From: Microthyrium microscopicum
Taxonomy: Eukaryota
Direction: 5' to 3'
Length of the DNA stretch: 64,000 nucleotides
NCBI GenBank assembly: GCA_010405405.1
Contig: MU004230.1
Coordinates: 1,336,627 to 1,400,626 of the forward strand
In this document: positions 50,382 to 64,000 of the stretch, piece by piece
Layout of the letters: every line of letters starts with the position of its first letter
Position numbering within the stretch: position 1 is the stretch's first letter
Made by a program: the position numbers and the translations under genes
The notes under the pieces: model-generated
Databases searched by the model: none
Seen by the model: only the letters and a program-made list of their open reading frames with translations
Told to the model about the DNA's origin: nothing

Positions 50382-51279
50382 ATGTCCGCTACGCTTCTGA
50401 GAACTTCTGCTGTTCGCTCAGCTCTGCGCTCGTCGCCTAGAGCTAGCTTTGGTGCTGCAACATTCGTACGCGGCAAAGCTACCCTTCCGGATCTCAAATG
50501 TATGATATCACACCCATTGTCTCCTACTGTGTGGTACATTACCATGAATACTGCTAATTTGTTGATGTTTAGATGACTACGGCGCACTCGAACCAGCCAT
50601 CTCGGGCAAAATCATGGAGCTTCACCACAGCAAGCACCACCAAACCTATGTTACATCATACAACAACGCCCTCGAACAAGTAGAAGCTGCACAAGCCAAG
50701 GAAGATATTGCGACACAAATCAGCCTTAAGCCATTGATCAACTTCCATGGTGGTATGTCAAAACAATGCTGAGCCTGGTATCAGTACTTATATATAACAG
50801 GTGGACACATCAACCATACTCTATTCTGGGAGAACCTCGCCCCAAAGAACCAGGGTGGTGGAGAACCACCCTCTGGTGCTCTCTCCAAAGCCATCGATGA
50901 ACAATTCGGTGGACTGGATTCCTTGAAGCAGAAGTTCAATGCTGCTCTTGCTGGCATTCAAGGCAGTGGCTGGGCATGGCTTGTCCAGGATACACAGACT
51001 GGAAACATTGGGATCAAGACTTATGCGGTATGTGCTGCTCTGATGCAACAAGAATCGTCCATCTGACAAGTATCTAGAACCAAGATCCAGTCGTAGGTCA
51101 ATTCCGACCTATCCTGGGTATTGACGCTTGGGAACATGCGTACTAGTAAGTTCTCACTCCTCCGCGTCAGACTTCAACTAACAAAATTCAGCCTTCAATA
51201 TCAAAACCGCAAGGCTGAATACTTCGGTGCCGTATGGGATGTTGTCAACTGGAAGGCAGCAGAGTCCCGCTTCAAGTAA
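50382..51279 (+). CDS. SOD2: Mitochondrial Mn superoxide dismutase
   Basis: Presequence + KATLPDL; HHSKHH, NFHGGGHINH, GIQGSGW and DAWEHAYYLQY motifs; 4 short introns. Confidence 0.96.
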
Positions 51280-51585
51280 ACACAAAACAAAACATGTAAA
51301 GCAACGAGCTTCATAGCAAGTAACAAAACTTGATCTTGTAAGTGTAGTATAAGCGTTAAAGAAATGTAAAAAGTACCATCTACAAACCATTCTTTGCAAC
51401 ACTGCCCATCCTCTCGCCAATCCACTCCAATGCCTTCTTACATAAATAACTCCTTAGCCATCGCTTAGTCTTTTACATCATCATCCTCACAGCTCTCCTA
51501 AACACTCTGGTCACAGACTCAATTGCAAAGATCAAGTATAAAATGATTCATTTACTAACAGCGCTCTCTCCATTACCATTAACAA

Positions 51586-52816
51586 CTACCATCCCCAAGA
51601 ACCCAACCCGCCCATAGCACCAACTACACCCACAACGCCAACAACAACCGCCCCACCCGTCGCTCTAGCTTTCGCAACCGCACCATTCCTCGTCACAACC
51701 CCAAAAGCTGTTGCAGTCGGCACCACCGCAGTCGTCAGTCCACAGCTCACAACACCACCTGCACCAGCGACACACGTCGTCCCGCGAAACGTGCTATACA
51801 GCACCCGTGTAGCTGTCGTTTGTGTGCGCACGCCGGGTGGTATAGCGCCCAGTGCTGCAGCAGTTGCGCTGGATCCTGGGGACCCTAGAGCGGCGGTTAT
51901 AGTGTTGCCGCCGATAAGAAGATTGCCACCTATAACAAATCAGTATCTAGTGCAGAATGAAAACGAGTGAAGGGGGTAACGTACTAGCCAAACTCCAATC
52001 CTGCAAAGCCTGAGGCGGTAAACCCGCACAACTACTCCCACACGGACAACACGCGAACTGGCCCGCCACCGCAGTGCTCAAGTAGTTATTTTGCGGACAA
52101 CAACCTATGCCCTCTGCGTCGATTGCCCAGAAGATATTTGCTGCGGCGTCTACTGGACATTGGCCGTCACTGCCTGTGTGTGCGACGACGAAGGGTGCCC
52201 AGGCGCCGGATTTGGAGCCGCCGGCGATACATTGAGCTAGTGGAATGGTGTCTGTGGCGCTGGGCAGGCGGGCGCTGTTGACGGGGTTTGGGGCTGGTGC
52301 GGCTGCTATGGAGGTTGGTGAACTGGGGCCGATGTAGCCGGAGTCTGTGGATATTGCGGGTGCAATGGGAGTTGCGTGTGTTAGAGATGGTGCTGGGGCG
52401 GCGGAGGTATGGGCTGCTGGAGGTGCGGGGAGGGCGGCTGGCGCTGATGGGGAGGCGGGTGAGGGAGCAGCTGGCGGTGCTGCTGGAGCGCTGGGCTTAT
52501 ATGTTGACCATGGTAGAGACTTGGGAGTTTGGGCGGGTGGTATTGAGGGTAGTGGTGGATGATCGGAGGGTAGGGATGGCGCTGAGAATGTTGGAGCGGA
52601 GTAGGCTGGAGCGGAGAAAGATGGAGCTGTGAATGTACGCGTGAATGTGCCCGTATACGTCCCGCCTCCGGGTACGTCTGGCTTTATTGCGGGCACAGAT
52701 GGCGCAGCACCCTGCGGAAGAGCTCCTTGCGACGGAGCTTGTGGAGGAGATGGGGCGTTTACGGCAGCTGCTCGAGCCAGAATCGGTAACAAAGGAAGAG
52801 GGAGAAGGATCTTCAT
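51586..52816 (-). CDS. Secreted Pro/Ala-rich protein with a Cys-rich module and putative GPI signal
   Basis: Signal peptide MKILLPLPLL; CC..CCPCG module; intron 51930-51984 in frame; hydrophobic C-terminus. Confidence 0.7.
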
Positions 52817-54656
52817 TCTACTATCTGTCAGTATATTAATTCTGTTAACATATAGATGCAATCTAGTCTGCTTTCATCGTCTCATGGGCTGACATTGCGT
52901 TCTTCGCCAGCAGCAGCAGTAGTAGATGAAGGGAGATAAAAGCATTACATTCTGGGCCTACAATAGAGCTATGCCGAACCTGGCAATGACCTTAGAACAC
53001 TTACATGTTGATATTGACCCGAACGCCAACTCGCAAGACAAAAACGTTAGGCACTGCTCAGCAATCAACAGCAAGAATCAGGCTTGAAGAAAGTCCAGAA
53101 AAAAGCGCAAATAGGTAAACCACCCATCAAGAAGAGCCAAAGAGACGATAGCCAAACCTTATAATCTACCAACCGAATGTTTCCAGCTATTCAAACAACG
53201 AAACCCCACAGCTCCGATCTCTATCCACGAAGCTTGGGGTTTTACAAGCAAGTAAACAGAGTAAACAACTCCATATCTGAGCCAAGAGGAGCTAAGAATC
53301 CATAAACAGACGAACCCTGAAGCAGCACAACGAGTCCAAGTACAACACACACACTCTCACCAAAATTATGGAGGTATGAGCGAGTGGAGCCATAAACATC
53401 GAAACCCTGAAGCGTGTGCCAACGAATCCAGTAAACGAAAATAGGAACATCGCGAGGGCAGATATATCCTCTTTCGGAACTAGGCTGACGAAACCTTGGG
53501 GTTGACAGCGGGCACTAGTACTGCTAGAGCCATAGCTCCTTCATTTCAAGAAACTGTTTGCAACTCCATATATCGTTGCGAACAGCGAGACTGAAAGACG
53601 CGTACTCGTAAGATACCATATCGTGTTCACCGGGCACCCAAATCCTTGCTCTTGAACAGCCAGAATCTATATCTCGTAGTTACAAGTATGGGATCCCATT
53701 ATCACTGACTGCCCTACGACGCAGCAGGAACTCAAAGCTGAAGTGCGACAAAAAACTGCAGGGGATGGCAGAAGATGGATGGGATGAAGTTGGAGACGCA
53801 AGGCGCGATGTACGCAGGGATGGCAGGGGCTATCTGAGTGTCAAAATAGGGGCTAATGCCGTTTGCAACATCTCATAGCGCTGGCTAGAGTATCTGTTCA
53901 ATAACTAGAAATGTTTAGAGAAATTCTCTTTTGGATGTCCTGTTGGCCCCGGGAAGCTTTGCGATTGCGACGATGGACTTTTGAATTTTTGTAAATCGTT
54001 CGTGTTGGGATCAATCAGACAGAGGCTGAAAAGGTGAAAACCCACCACGACAAGACAAGCAACGTTAAGTGCTGGATATCAAAAACAATTCTAGATCAAC
54101 AAGACCTTACGAATGAAAGTCGTAAGCCCCCAACCCCGTTGCAGCCAAGAAAAAAGCCAGACATCAGCCCTACACGCGACGGTGCTGTCAAAGTTTCGAA
54201 ATCAAACATAAAACTTGCAAAGATTTAGGGCCACATAACATCTACAAAGTCTCCATTTCGTCAGACCACTTATGGAGAGTCAATAACTATTTTTTTGGTT
54301 AAACGAGTGCAGGCAGGTAGGAAAAGCATTCACTTCGAATTCTTCTGGTTCCCAAATAAAACGCCACTACCCAGGGGGAGACGAAGCTTGGAATATACAC
54401 AAGTGTTTGCAACAGACTGAACCCCCAACTCTTTGACAAAAACCGTAGTTGCAAATGAACATAAGAGAAATTATGACTTCCTGTCATTGTTTGTCGTAGC
54501 CTAAAGCTAGCTGTCTCACGCCCTATATGACGACTGTCTCCAGTCGTTGTTATATGCGAATGTAGGTTTTATAGAGGTTGGATTGCATATAGAATTCTTC
54601 TTGAGTGGCGCCATATCCACGTCGCTTCCAACCATACGCCATGAGATACAAGAGGC

Positions 54657-56515
54657 TCAAAGATCAATAAGGTTGCCATTGTGGTTGCGTTGCTGCTGTG
54701 ATCCACCTGGTGGAGCACCAAAAGGATTTGCGCCACCACCACCGTAAGACGCACCAAATCCTGCAGCGGGACCAGTCTGGGCCGGTGGCATTCTAGTCTG
54801 CGGCATGCCAGTGAATTGATTACTTAGGAACGGATTGCCGGTCGGCGTGCCAGTGAGTCTACCAAGATTCTGGCCTGCTGAATTGACAAAAGTGCCTGGT
54901 GCAGTGTGTTGTGCGGGAATACGCATTTCGCCTGTATTTCCAAAGGTATCCATGCCTTCTCCTGAGGCCAGAAGTTGGTTGAGGCGAGCGTGATGTGGAT
55001 CCTGTGGTTTTGATGGTTCTTGTGATTGGAAAGGTGATGGAGAGGGCTGAGAGGGTTGTTGTTGTTGGGGAGGTGCTTGTTGGGGAGAGCTGAAATTCAT
55101 GATTGGGTTGAATGCCGTTGTTGCCTTCTGTTCGGAGAGTGAGCTCAAGGTAGGTTGTCTTATTGGCTGGGCGCTTTGAGGTCGGTTGATGCCTTGAGCA
55201 AATGGGTTGTTTGAACCAGTAGGTGTTGGTGCCAATGCGCCGGACTGTAAAGATGGATTGGAACCCCAAGGATTGTTATTTCCGGTGGGAAGTGCTTGTT
55301 CCTGGGGCTGCGTTTGCTGTTGAGGTTGTTGGCCGAATGCTCCAAATCCATTGGGCTGTTGCCCGTAAGGACTATTGTTATTCATGTTGAAAGCAGTCTG
55401 CTGCGGTTGCATGTAATTGTTTCCAAGTGGTTGATTCATGCCAGTGTTTTGAGGATAGCCATAGCCATTCTGGTAGCCTGTATTCTGCGCAGGATAACCA
55501 GTATTTTGAGCCTGTTGAGGATCAATAACATTCCCAAACCAATCCACGGTTGGCTGCTGCTGATATCCTTGATTCCATCCGGTCGGTTGAGGTTGAGTGG
55601 CTGGAGTATCGTCGAATAGCGAGTTGGCATTAGCTTCTTCTAGTTCTCTACGACGCAGAGCCTCCTCCTCTTTGCTCAATTTGATGGCTTTGGCCAAATC
55701 ATCATCGTCATCCACGGGCTTTCCAGCTGCGCGCCGCTTCGCGTCTTCTTCTGCTTCATTCTTGCTCGCCTCGAGGGCAAGACGGTACTCAAGATCCTCG
55801 TCATCCGTTCGCTGTCGTGGCTGTTCGCGCTTTCGCTCCTTGGGTCTCGTTGGCGCGTGTTCATCATGTTCGTCAATCCCAGATACTCGAGACTTCCACG
55901 ATTTACGGTCTCGGCGTTCGGATCGCAACCGTTCTTCGTCCATGATCAGGGCTGTGAGTTCTTTTGCGGAAACGCGAACTGTACAACATTAGCCAATGCT
56001 TGCTTGTTTTCTTGTACAAGTGCCATACTGTTCTGCCCGACATCACGACCATCTTCATCTATGTGTTGAAATTCCCGTAGAGTCTTGATGATGTAAATAT
56101 TCTTCCGCGCCCAAGTAACGACCAGTTCAGATCCTTCATGTAGACAGTAATCGAGCACTTTGAGTGATTTTAGAACATGGCGCCAGTTCTTGCCTTTATC
56201 ATTAAGTCGCTTGTCGAGGATATCCATGATCTCGTAGAACGTGGCGGTACTGCGCTAATGTCAGCATCATGCAACCTGATAATTACTCCGCCAACAGATC
56301 CGAGGGCCGAACATACTCTGCAAACGTCAACTGGGCAATTTCTGCCATATCAGACCCGACTGGTCCCCATGGATCATTGCTTGTGGCTGTAGTTGGGAAG
56401 TCAGCTATATTACGAGCTATAAAGCTGAGGAGGACGTCATACCATTGCGGACCTTGACCTGAGCATTTGTATAGCCCTTGGTCACATTCTTGACGCTACG
56501 AACGACCTTGGACAT
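54657..56515 (-). CDS. Epsin (ENTH domain, two UIMs, NPF motifs)
   Basis: MSKVVRSVKNVTKGY, ATSNDPWGP, KNWRHVLKSL, LALEASK/LAKAIKLSK, NPF repeats and C-terminal LIDL; 3 introns. Confidence 0.93.
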
Positions 56516-56990
56516 TGTGAGGGTGGGTTTAGGAGGCTGCTAAGTGGTGTTATGGGTGTAATTGTAGGAGGAGTTGGGTTGAGTGATGCGTAGGCGGCGG
56601 CAGTCCCAAGCAACGTCCAAGCTCGGTTAGGTGTCGATCCTATAGAAGGCGACCGCAGGATCAGGCGGATTAGTATGAGCGACACGAGCTGGTGATAAGT
56701 CGGATAAAGGGTTAAGCTAGGCCAGAATACGGGTTGGTTTGAGTAAAGCGATGGTGAAGGGGTTTGGCCATGGTCTAGAGTTATTGGCGTGGTGTTGGAG
56801 AGCAGTGAAGTTGAATAGAGGCTGGGCTGGGGTGGCTTTGGATCGATGGATCTTGGCGGCAAGACCGGCCGCACAGCTTGCGCAGCCCACAACGGCAGCT
56901 GACTACTGTCACCACTTTGAGGTAGTTACAAATAGCTTCCCAAATTAGTCAATAGCGGAGCCCAATCCCCGCTCCACCCCTGCTAAAAGC

Positions 56991-57040
56991 TAGCGTGCTC
57001 CCATCGACTTCGATGGTTATCGCGTTCATGAATTGACAAG
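56991..57040. repeat. Solo arm of the CTCCCATCG family
   Basis: tagcgtgctcccatcgacttcgatggttatc, nearly identical to 42396-42425 and similar to the reverse complement of 31318-31362. Confidence 0.75.
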
Positions 57041-57672
57041 TTTTTCTCACGTTCACATGAAAAGCGCACAGAATCAGTCGCTACGGAGTAATCTTTCATG
57101 AGTCAATGAATTTTATTCAGTCCTTGATCTCCCAACCACTAATGAAACAAGTGAAAGTTGTATTAAGTATTTCATCCCAAGCAACGCCTTTTTAATCTTT
57201 CAGTACTGAATCATGGAGCCATCCCATTAGCTGCAAACAATGTACTGAAATCAAAAGTCTATAGAGTAGAGCTCAAGTCTTCTATCCAGCAGAACCTGCC
57301 ATCTGGTGGAGTAGAGCAACAATGTCAAAAAAAATCAATATCCTGTTCTTTTCTCTCATTACCACCAAAACACCTTCATAACCGCCTGCTAGAGACTGAT
57401 GAATATCCTCAAAATGCTGTCTTCAATATCTTAAGTCTGACCAAGCCGGAAAAATAAATTCGCAAAAAAAATGATGAATACACACTGGTCGTGGTTGAGA
57501 GGTCCCACTGATTCCTGATTCTGTTCCCGAATGAGCTCAATGCTGTCAATCATGGATTCGTGATCCGAAAAGGGTATTTGCCGCAACCATTAACGCCTAT
57601 GCTCCTGGGATGTATTACACAATGTAAAGTACAAATGGGACAGCAAATTTATGCTGGCTCTAAGTCGTCGAA

Positions 57673-59278
<1,606 letters not shown>

Positions 59279-62200
59279 GCCGCGAAGGACTGGATGCCGG
59301 GATTCGGATTGAAAAGGGCGCACGTAATCAGAGCGACCTAAACTCGAACGCACTGGGGATGGGCGCGCACCGGTTGATGACCAGTTCAAGAAATGACAGC
59401 TAAACCAGCGTGTCTTTCTCGAGTAGATGAACGGAAAGACGTGCGGATGACGTTTTGTAGGAGTTGATCGAGGAAGAGGTGTTTGTCTGATCAAAGCTCG
59501 AAGGCAGAGACAAGGATTGTTGCACCGTGAACTCTCGAAAGTATCGAGGATCGGATCGCGCACAGGTCAATGCAGGAGATGCAGCGACTTCTAGAAGAAG
59601 CCTGGAATTAGCAAATTATAAAGAACAGACGGCGCGGGCAAAATAAAGAAAGAGGTAGTAAAAATGAACAAAAGTAAGGCAGTCCCAAATGACCTTGACA
59701 CGATGATGGTGATTGCAAGATTGAGAGATTGCAGAGAGTAGAGAAACCAAAGCAAAAAAGTGAAGGTAGAGGAAGGGGGATGAGCACAGGTCAGGTGTCA
59801 AGTTGGGGGAAGCGTGCGAAGCGCAGAGAACAGGCTTGGGCCAACCATTCAGAGGTGGCGGCGGGAGCAACAAGGTGTCAAAGATGACAGAAGGAGCGCG
59901 ATTGCAGGATTTTGGGTGCAGCAAAACCGCCTGAGTGCAGCGGTGCAGCGGAAGAGCAGCACCTGGGAAAAGGAGAGAGCAGTAGTGAAATTAGGGAGTG
60001 GGTAGCAGCAATCCACTGTCCAGCAGCCCTTGAGACCGCTGGCCCAGCCCAGGAACGCAAGCTGGCAAAAAAACGCCCCAATTTTTTTGAGTACGACACG
60101 TCGGTCAGCCTTCAGGGAAAACAACCGCCATGTTTTGGCCTGATTCGCTGCGTCTCCGATGGCCAACTAAGCTAGTCTTCCATCAACTTGCCACTTGATA
60201 TGGAGTACCAGACTACAGCGCTGGCTGTGATTCTAGTGTTTCCAAGTGAGTGTCCAAGTCGGCGCATGGAATAGATAGCTGGGCATGTGTAGAGTGTAGA
60301 CAATGCCATCATGACAAGATCCAAGCGCAGAAATTGACAGACAATAGAGGGGAAGGATTAGGTGCTTGAATATGAGTAAGAAGAGAACATACCGTGAGAA
60401 GCAATCGAGTCAATACTGATTAGGCAGTAGAGAGGATGGAGTTTGATGGGTTGTGGTCCGAGCAAAGCAGCTCGAGGAATTAGGGATGGTAAAAAAAAAG
60501 GATTGATGGATGTTGGTTGCTGGTGCTGGTAGAAAGATGCACACCTGGCGGGATTGCAGCAAGGAAGTTTGGAACCCGGGCGCTTTGGCAGGCACGACCA
60601 GATCAAATGTCGAGGACGCGTTTTGGTACCGGAGTGAACCCGACGCGATTATGGGCCAACTGTGAAGATTGAAGAGCAGCGAGGTGCTGTTCAAGGTGAT
60701 TATATCGGGAATATATGGATGAACCAAAAGGCGTAGGAAGATGGTGGTGATGGAGTAGAAAGTCGGTGATGTCGCGACCTAGGAAAGTATCCAAAGAAAA
60801 TAAAAAATGGTAGGGAAGGTACAGATGCTGAGGTTGGCAGGTACGAGGTTTGTTGCCTAAGGCCAAACACCAAATTGGTCAAGTGTCGGGAAGGTGCAGC
60901 CTTACGCAGACCCTAATCGGCAGGCGCGTTGTTCGGGCCTCGTCCTAATCGGGAGACAGCGACCAGCGAAAGACAGGGGGCAAGTCTCCTCTAAAGAGAC
61001 TAGCGCGACGTTGCTGCTGCAGGAGCACTGGACACTGGTGGACTTGTGGACTCTGTGGAAAAAGCGGCGTTGACTTGTTGTCCGTGGCGCGCTTTACCGT
61101 GGGATATTCGCCTGCTAATTTCGATTTGATAAATCGATCTTGAATCCAGATGTGTGCAACCTGTATTTCCGATGATACTGTACGCCGAATAGGGAGTTGT
61201 GACGGTCGAATGGGCGAAATAGCGACTCCAGGTGCTACTTCTTTTCTCACCGATAGTCTTTGGTGGACGGTGAATGCAATGATGGTGCAGCGTACTTGTT
61301 GTGTCCAATGTTCCTCGTGGAGCTCGTGGGCACGGCTATCCGCTCTCTATAATAAGCAAAGATCTCTTTGCCAGTCCCCTGTTCTCGCGATGCTGTTGCG
61401 GTTCCTGTGAAACCAGATCCCAAGCGACGTTTCAGTGGGCATAAACGGATTTCCTCGCAACGTCTCGGTGCCAATGCTGGTTTCAAGACGGCGGCTTCGA
61501 TGATGGCTTCGATGGGTCTTCGGTCTGTCTTCGGTCGCTATCCCGTTATTCTGGATCGTTGGGATATGCCCTGTTGAGTGCAGAGCCCCAATTCAGCTTG
61601 GTCTCGCCTACCACGAGGTTCTTGTTCGCAAATGATGCAAAACTGCAAAACAAATTATATGTCAGTTGCTAGTCTTTATGCACTTGTTTCCGCCATCGCG
61701 GGCTTTGCAACTTACCCTCTGTTTCCTGAAAAGAGGATGAGCCGACTCTATGCCAAGAGTTTATGGAGGTTTGAAGCGTAGATGTATCAAGTAACCAGGT
61801 ATTGATCAATGATGGTGAACAGGGTGTGATGTCGGATGGATTGAGTGAAGAAGCAACAATGTCTTAGAATTGACAGAACCACTCCGCCATTATGTTGTAT
61901 GTGTGTTGTCAGTGCTGTGTTCAAAAGAGAAAAACTAAAAGTCTGTCATAAAAGCTCCCAGCTGTCAATCCGTGAGGGCGGGATCACTGTGGATCATAAC
62001 GGTTCCCAGCAGCGACCTTCCACGAATCCCATCTCCCGAGTTGGTGCTGCCCTACGATCAATTTACCAAATCTACCAAAGTTTGCAGCATATTGTTTAAT
62101 TCCAGGAGCCGCTTCCCCCTTGGCTCACCTATAGCCAATCTGCGGCATCTACTCGGAGGGGTCTAGCGTTCCTAGCAACATGCCGCAATCAAGGTGAAGG

Positions 62201-62949
62201 ACCAGCCTGATACCGAGGATCCCATCTAGGAATTTGGCCCTTTGTTCGCTGAAGTTGGGTATAGCGAGCTACGCCCTCGTCCATATGGACTTGGAGACAG
62301 TTTGTACTCTCTTTCTGCAAAGTAGCCTGGGCGGTGTACAATTGCTCAGGGGTTGCAGTACACGTATTCGGTCAGACACCACGTTCATGAGCACATAAGT
62401 TGTTAAGTCAGAGATGCGAATTGTGAATATGTAAATCGATATCAATGTTGTCATAGCCATCCACCAGGACAGAATTTAGGAACATGCACAGATTCCACAC
62501 TGGCAAAGGCGTAGACGTTTGGTAGAAGACTCTGTGGGCAACGTCCAAGTGGCACATCCCGCTCTCATTCAAAAGGCTCGTGAGGCTTCCATCCACCTTC
62601 TAGCGGGCTTCTAAAACTTCCGTAACGGCAGCCGCCAGGAAGGAGTGGTCAATGCTAAACGCCTCATCCGAAGCCTGTCATCGCCATGAACGCGACTTTT
62701 GGGGCCTGTTCCCAGCCGCACAGTGGATGACAGTCTCACAGAAATTCCCTGCTCCGTTGATGAACATGAGGCTCCAACTTCAATGCGCTTTCTCTCATCC
62801 AATCTTCCAGTTTATTTCTGTTGCACACGCTTGCCTCTCGGGCCTGCAGTTTCTAAAATGTCGCCAAGCAAAGGCAAGGGCCAAGTGGGGAGGGTTAGCA
62901 GTTCAGATTCTGCTCTTTTCATTTGGCGATCTTCACCCAAAACGGCTAG

Positions 62950-64000
62950 TAGATCAGAACGAGTTTACGGCGCTAGAGCTAAGTTCTGGCGTCGTGAACT
63001 TAATCTAAACTCCTTAAATTAGTTTAGTAGCGCTAAGATAGGACTAGCTTAATGTCTATTTAAATAATATTCTATTAATCCATAGATCTATAAGTCTAAG
63101 AATGTTGTTAGAAGAGCATATCCTAAAGGTGCTAAAGCTATTAAAGTTAATAAAGTTAAATAAATCTCTAGCATAGCTATAGGTAGTAAAATACTATATA
63201 AATCTATCTATATTATTAGCATATCTTTAAATCTATAATACTTACTAAATAATACTAATTCTTTACTAGTAGAGTTAATCTAGCACCCTTTATAATAGTA
63301 AGAATTATAAGAATAGCTAGAATCATAAGAATAGTAAGAATTATAGTATCTAGAGTTATTTAAGGAAGCCTACGACGTTAATAAGATAGCTCTTACGTAA
63401 ATACCCTATGGTAGAGCATATTTTAGCTAAAATCCTAACTTTAACTTTATAATAGGGTTATAGGCATAGGAATTAGGCTAAAGGACTAATTCTTAGTAAA
63501 TGCTATCGCTGTTACTATAGGATCTCTAGCCCTAACTATAATATAAGGATATACGCCAAAATAGTACTATACTACTATCTTTAGATTAGTTTATACTAAT
63601 ATCGCTATTATAGAGCTAGCTAGAGCCTTATTTACCCCTCTCTTTATAGTAAGTAGTTTCTACTATACTAGTACCTAAATTTCTTATTTTTATAACTCTA
63701 ATATCTTTATTACTAGTACCTTTAAGTAGGGGAAGGAAGTAGAACCTTAACTAGGGCTAGCTATTATTAATAATAGTATTATAGTATTATTTAGAGAAGA
63801 TTAATAGTTATAGTAGTATTAGTAGTAAAGTACTAATAGGATAGAAGACATAGTAGTAGTATAGTGTTTCTATCTTATTTAAGATAAAGAGAAATCTTAG
63901 TTAGGAATTAGGACTTGTAAGATTATCGTGTATAGTAGTAGTAGAGAGGGTAATTCTATAGCGAATAGTAGAGAGAGATAGTCCTTTAAGCTATAATATT
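62950..64000. mobile_element. RIP-degenerated AT-rich repeat/transposon relic (runs off the window)
   Basis: Abrupt shift to AT-rich DNA full of TA/TAG/CTA, strongly depleted of CA/TG, with no ORFs. Confidence 0.8.

Noticed and set aside
59300..62100. Short ORFs upstream of the C2H2 factor
   Set aside because: No protein-like features; consistent with a long regulatory region/5' UTR.

Overview
Gene-dense chromosomal region of a filamentous ascomycete (Pezizomycotina; short GT-AG introns with CTRAC/CTAAY branch points, RIP-like AT-rich relic at the right end). About 23 protein-coding loci can be reconstructed by hand: a giant Ser/Thr-rich WSC/PAN-like surface protein (5' truncated), PRP16, PWP1, a BTB/zinc-finger chimera with an in-frame stop, an NADP alcohol dehydrogenase, dipeptidyl aminopeptidase B, a divergent RPB7, ATP1, an ERG26-like gene, PSO2/SNM1, a glyoxalase-like gene, a second BTB-like gene, ADE12 (14 exons), a type-B carboxylesterase, a HET-6-like remnant, a sidL-like acyltransferase, SOD2, a GPI-type Pro-rich protein, epsin and a 4-finger C2H2 transcription factor. 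The most unusual non-coding signal is a palindromic repeat family (core GCTCCCATCGA...TGATGGGAGC) present in two architectures. One is a ~120-bp-unit tandem array of alternately inverted palindromes between RPB7 and ATP1. The other is a set of dispersed ~100-175-bp fold-back elements in intergenic DNA and in long introns of ADE12 and ATP1. Nearly every long intron in the window contains an extended hairpin. All calls come from reading the sequence; no database searches were run.
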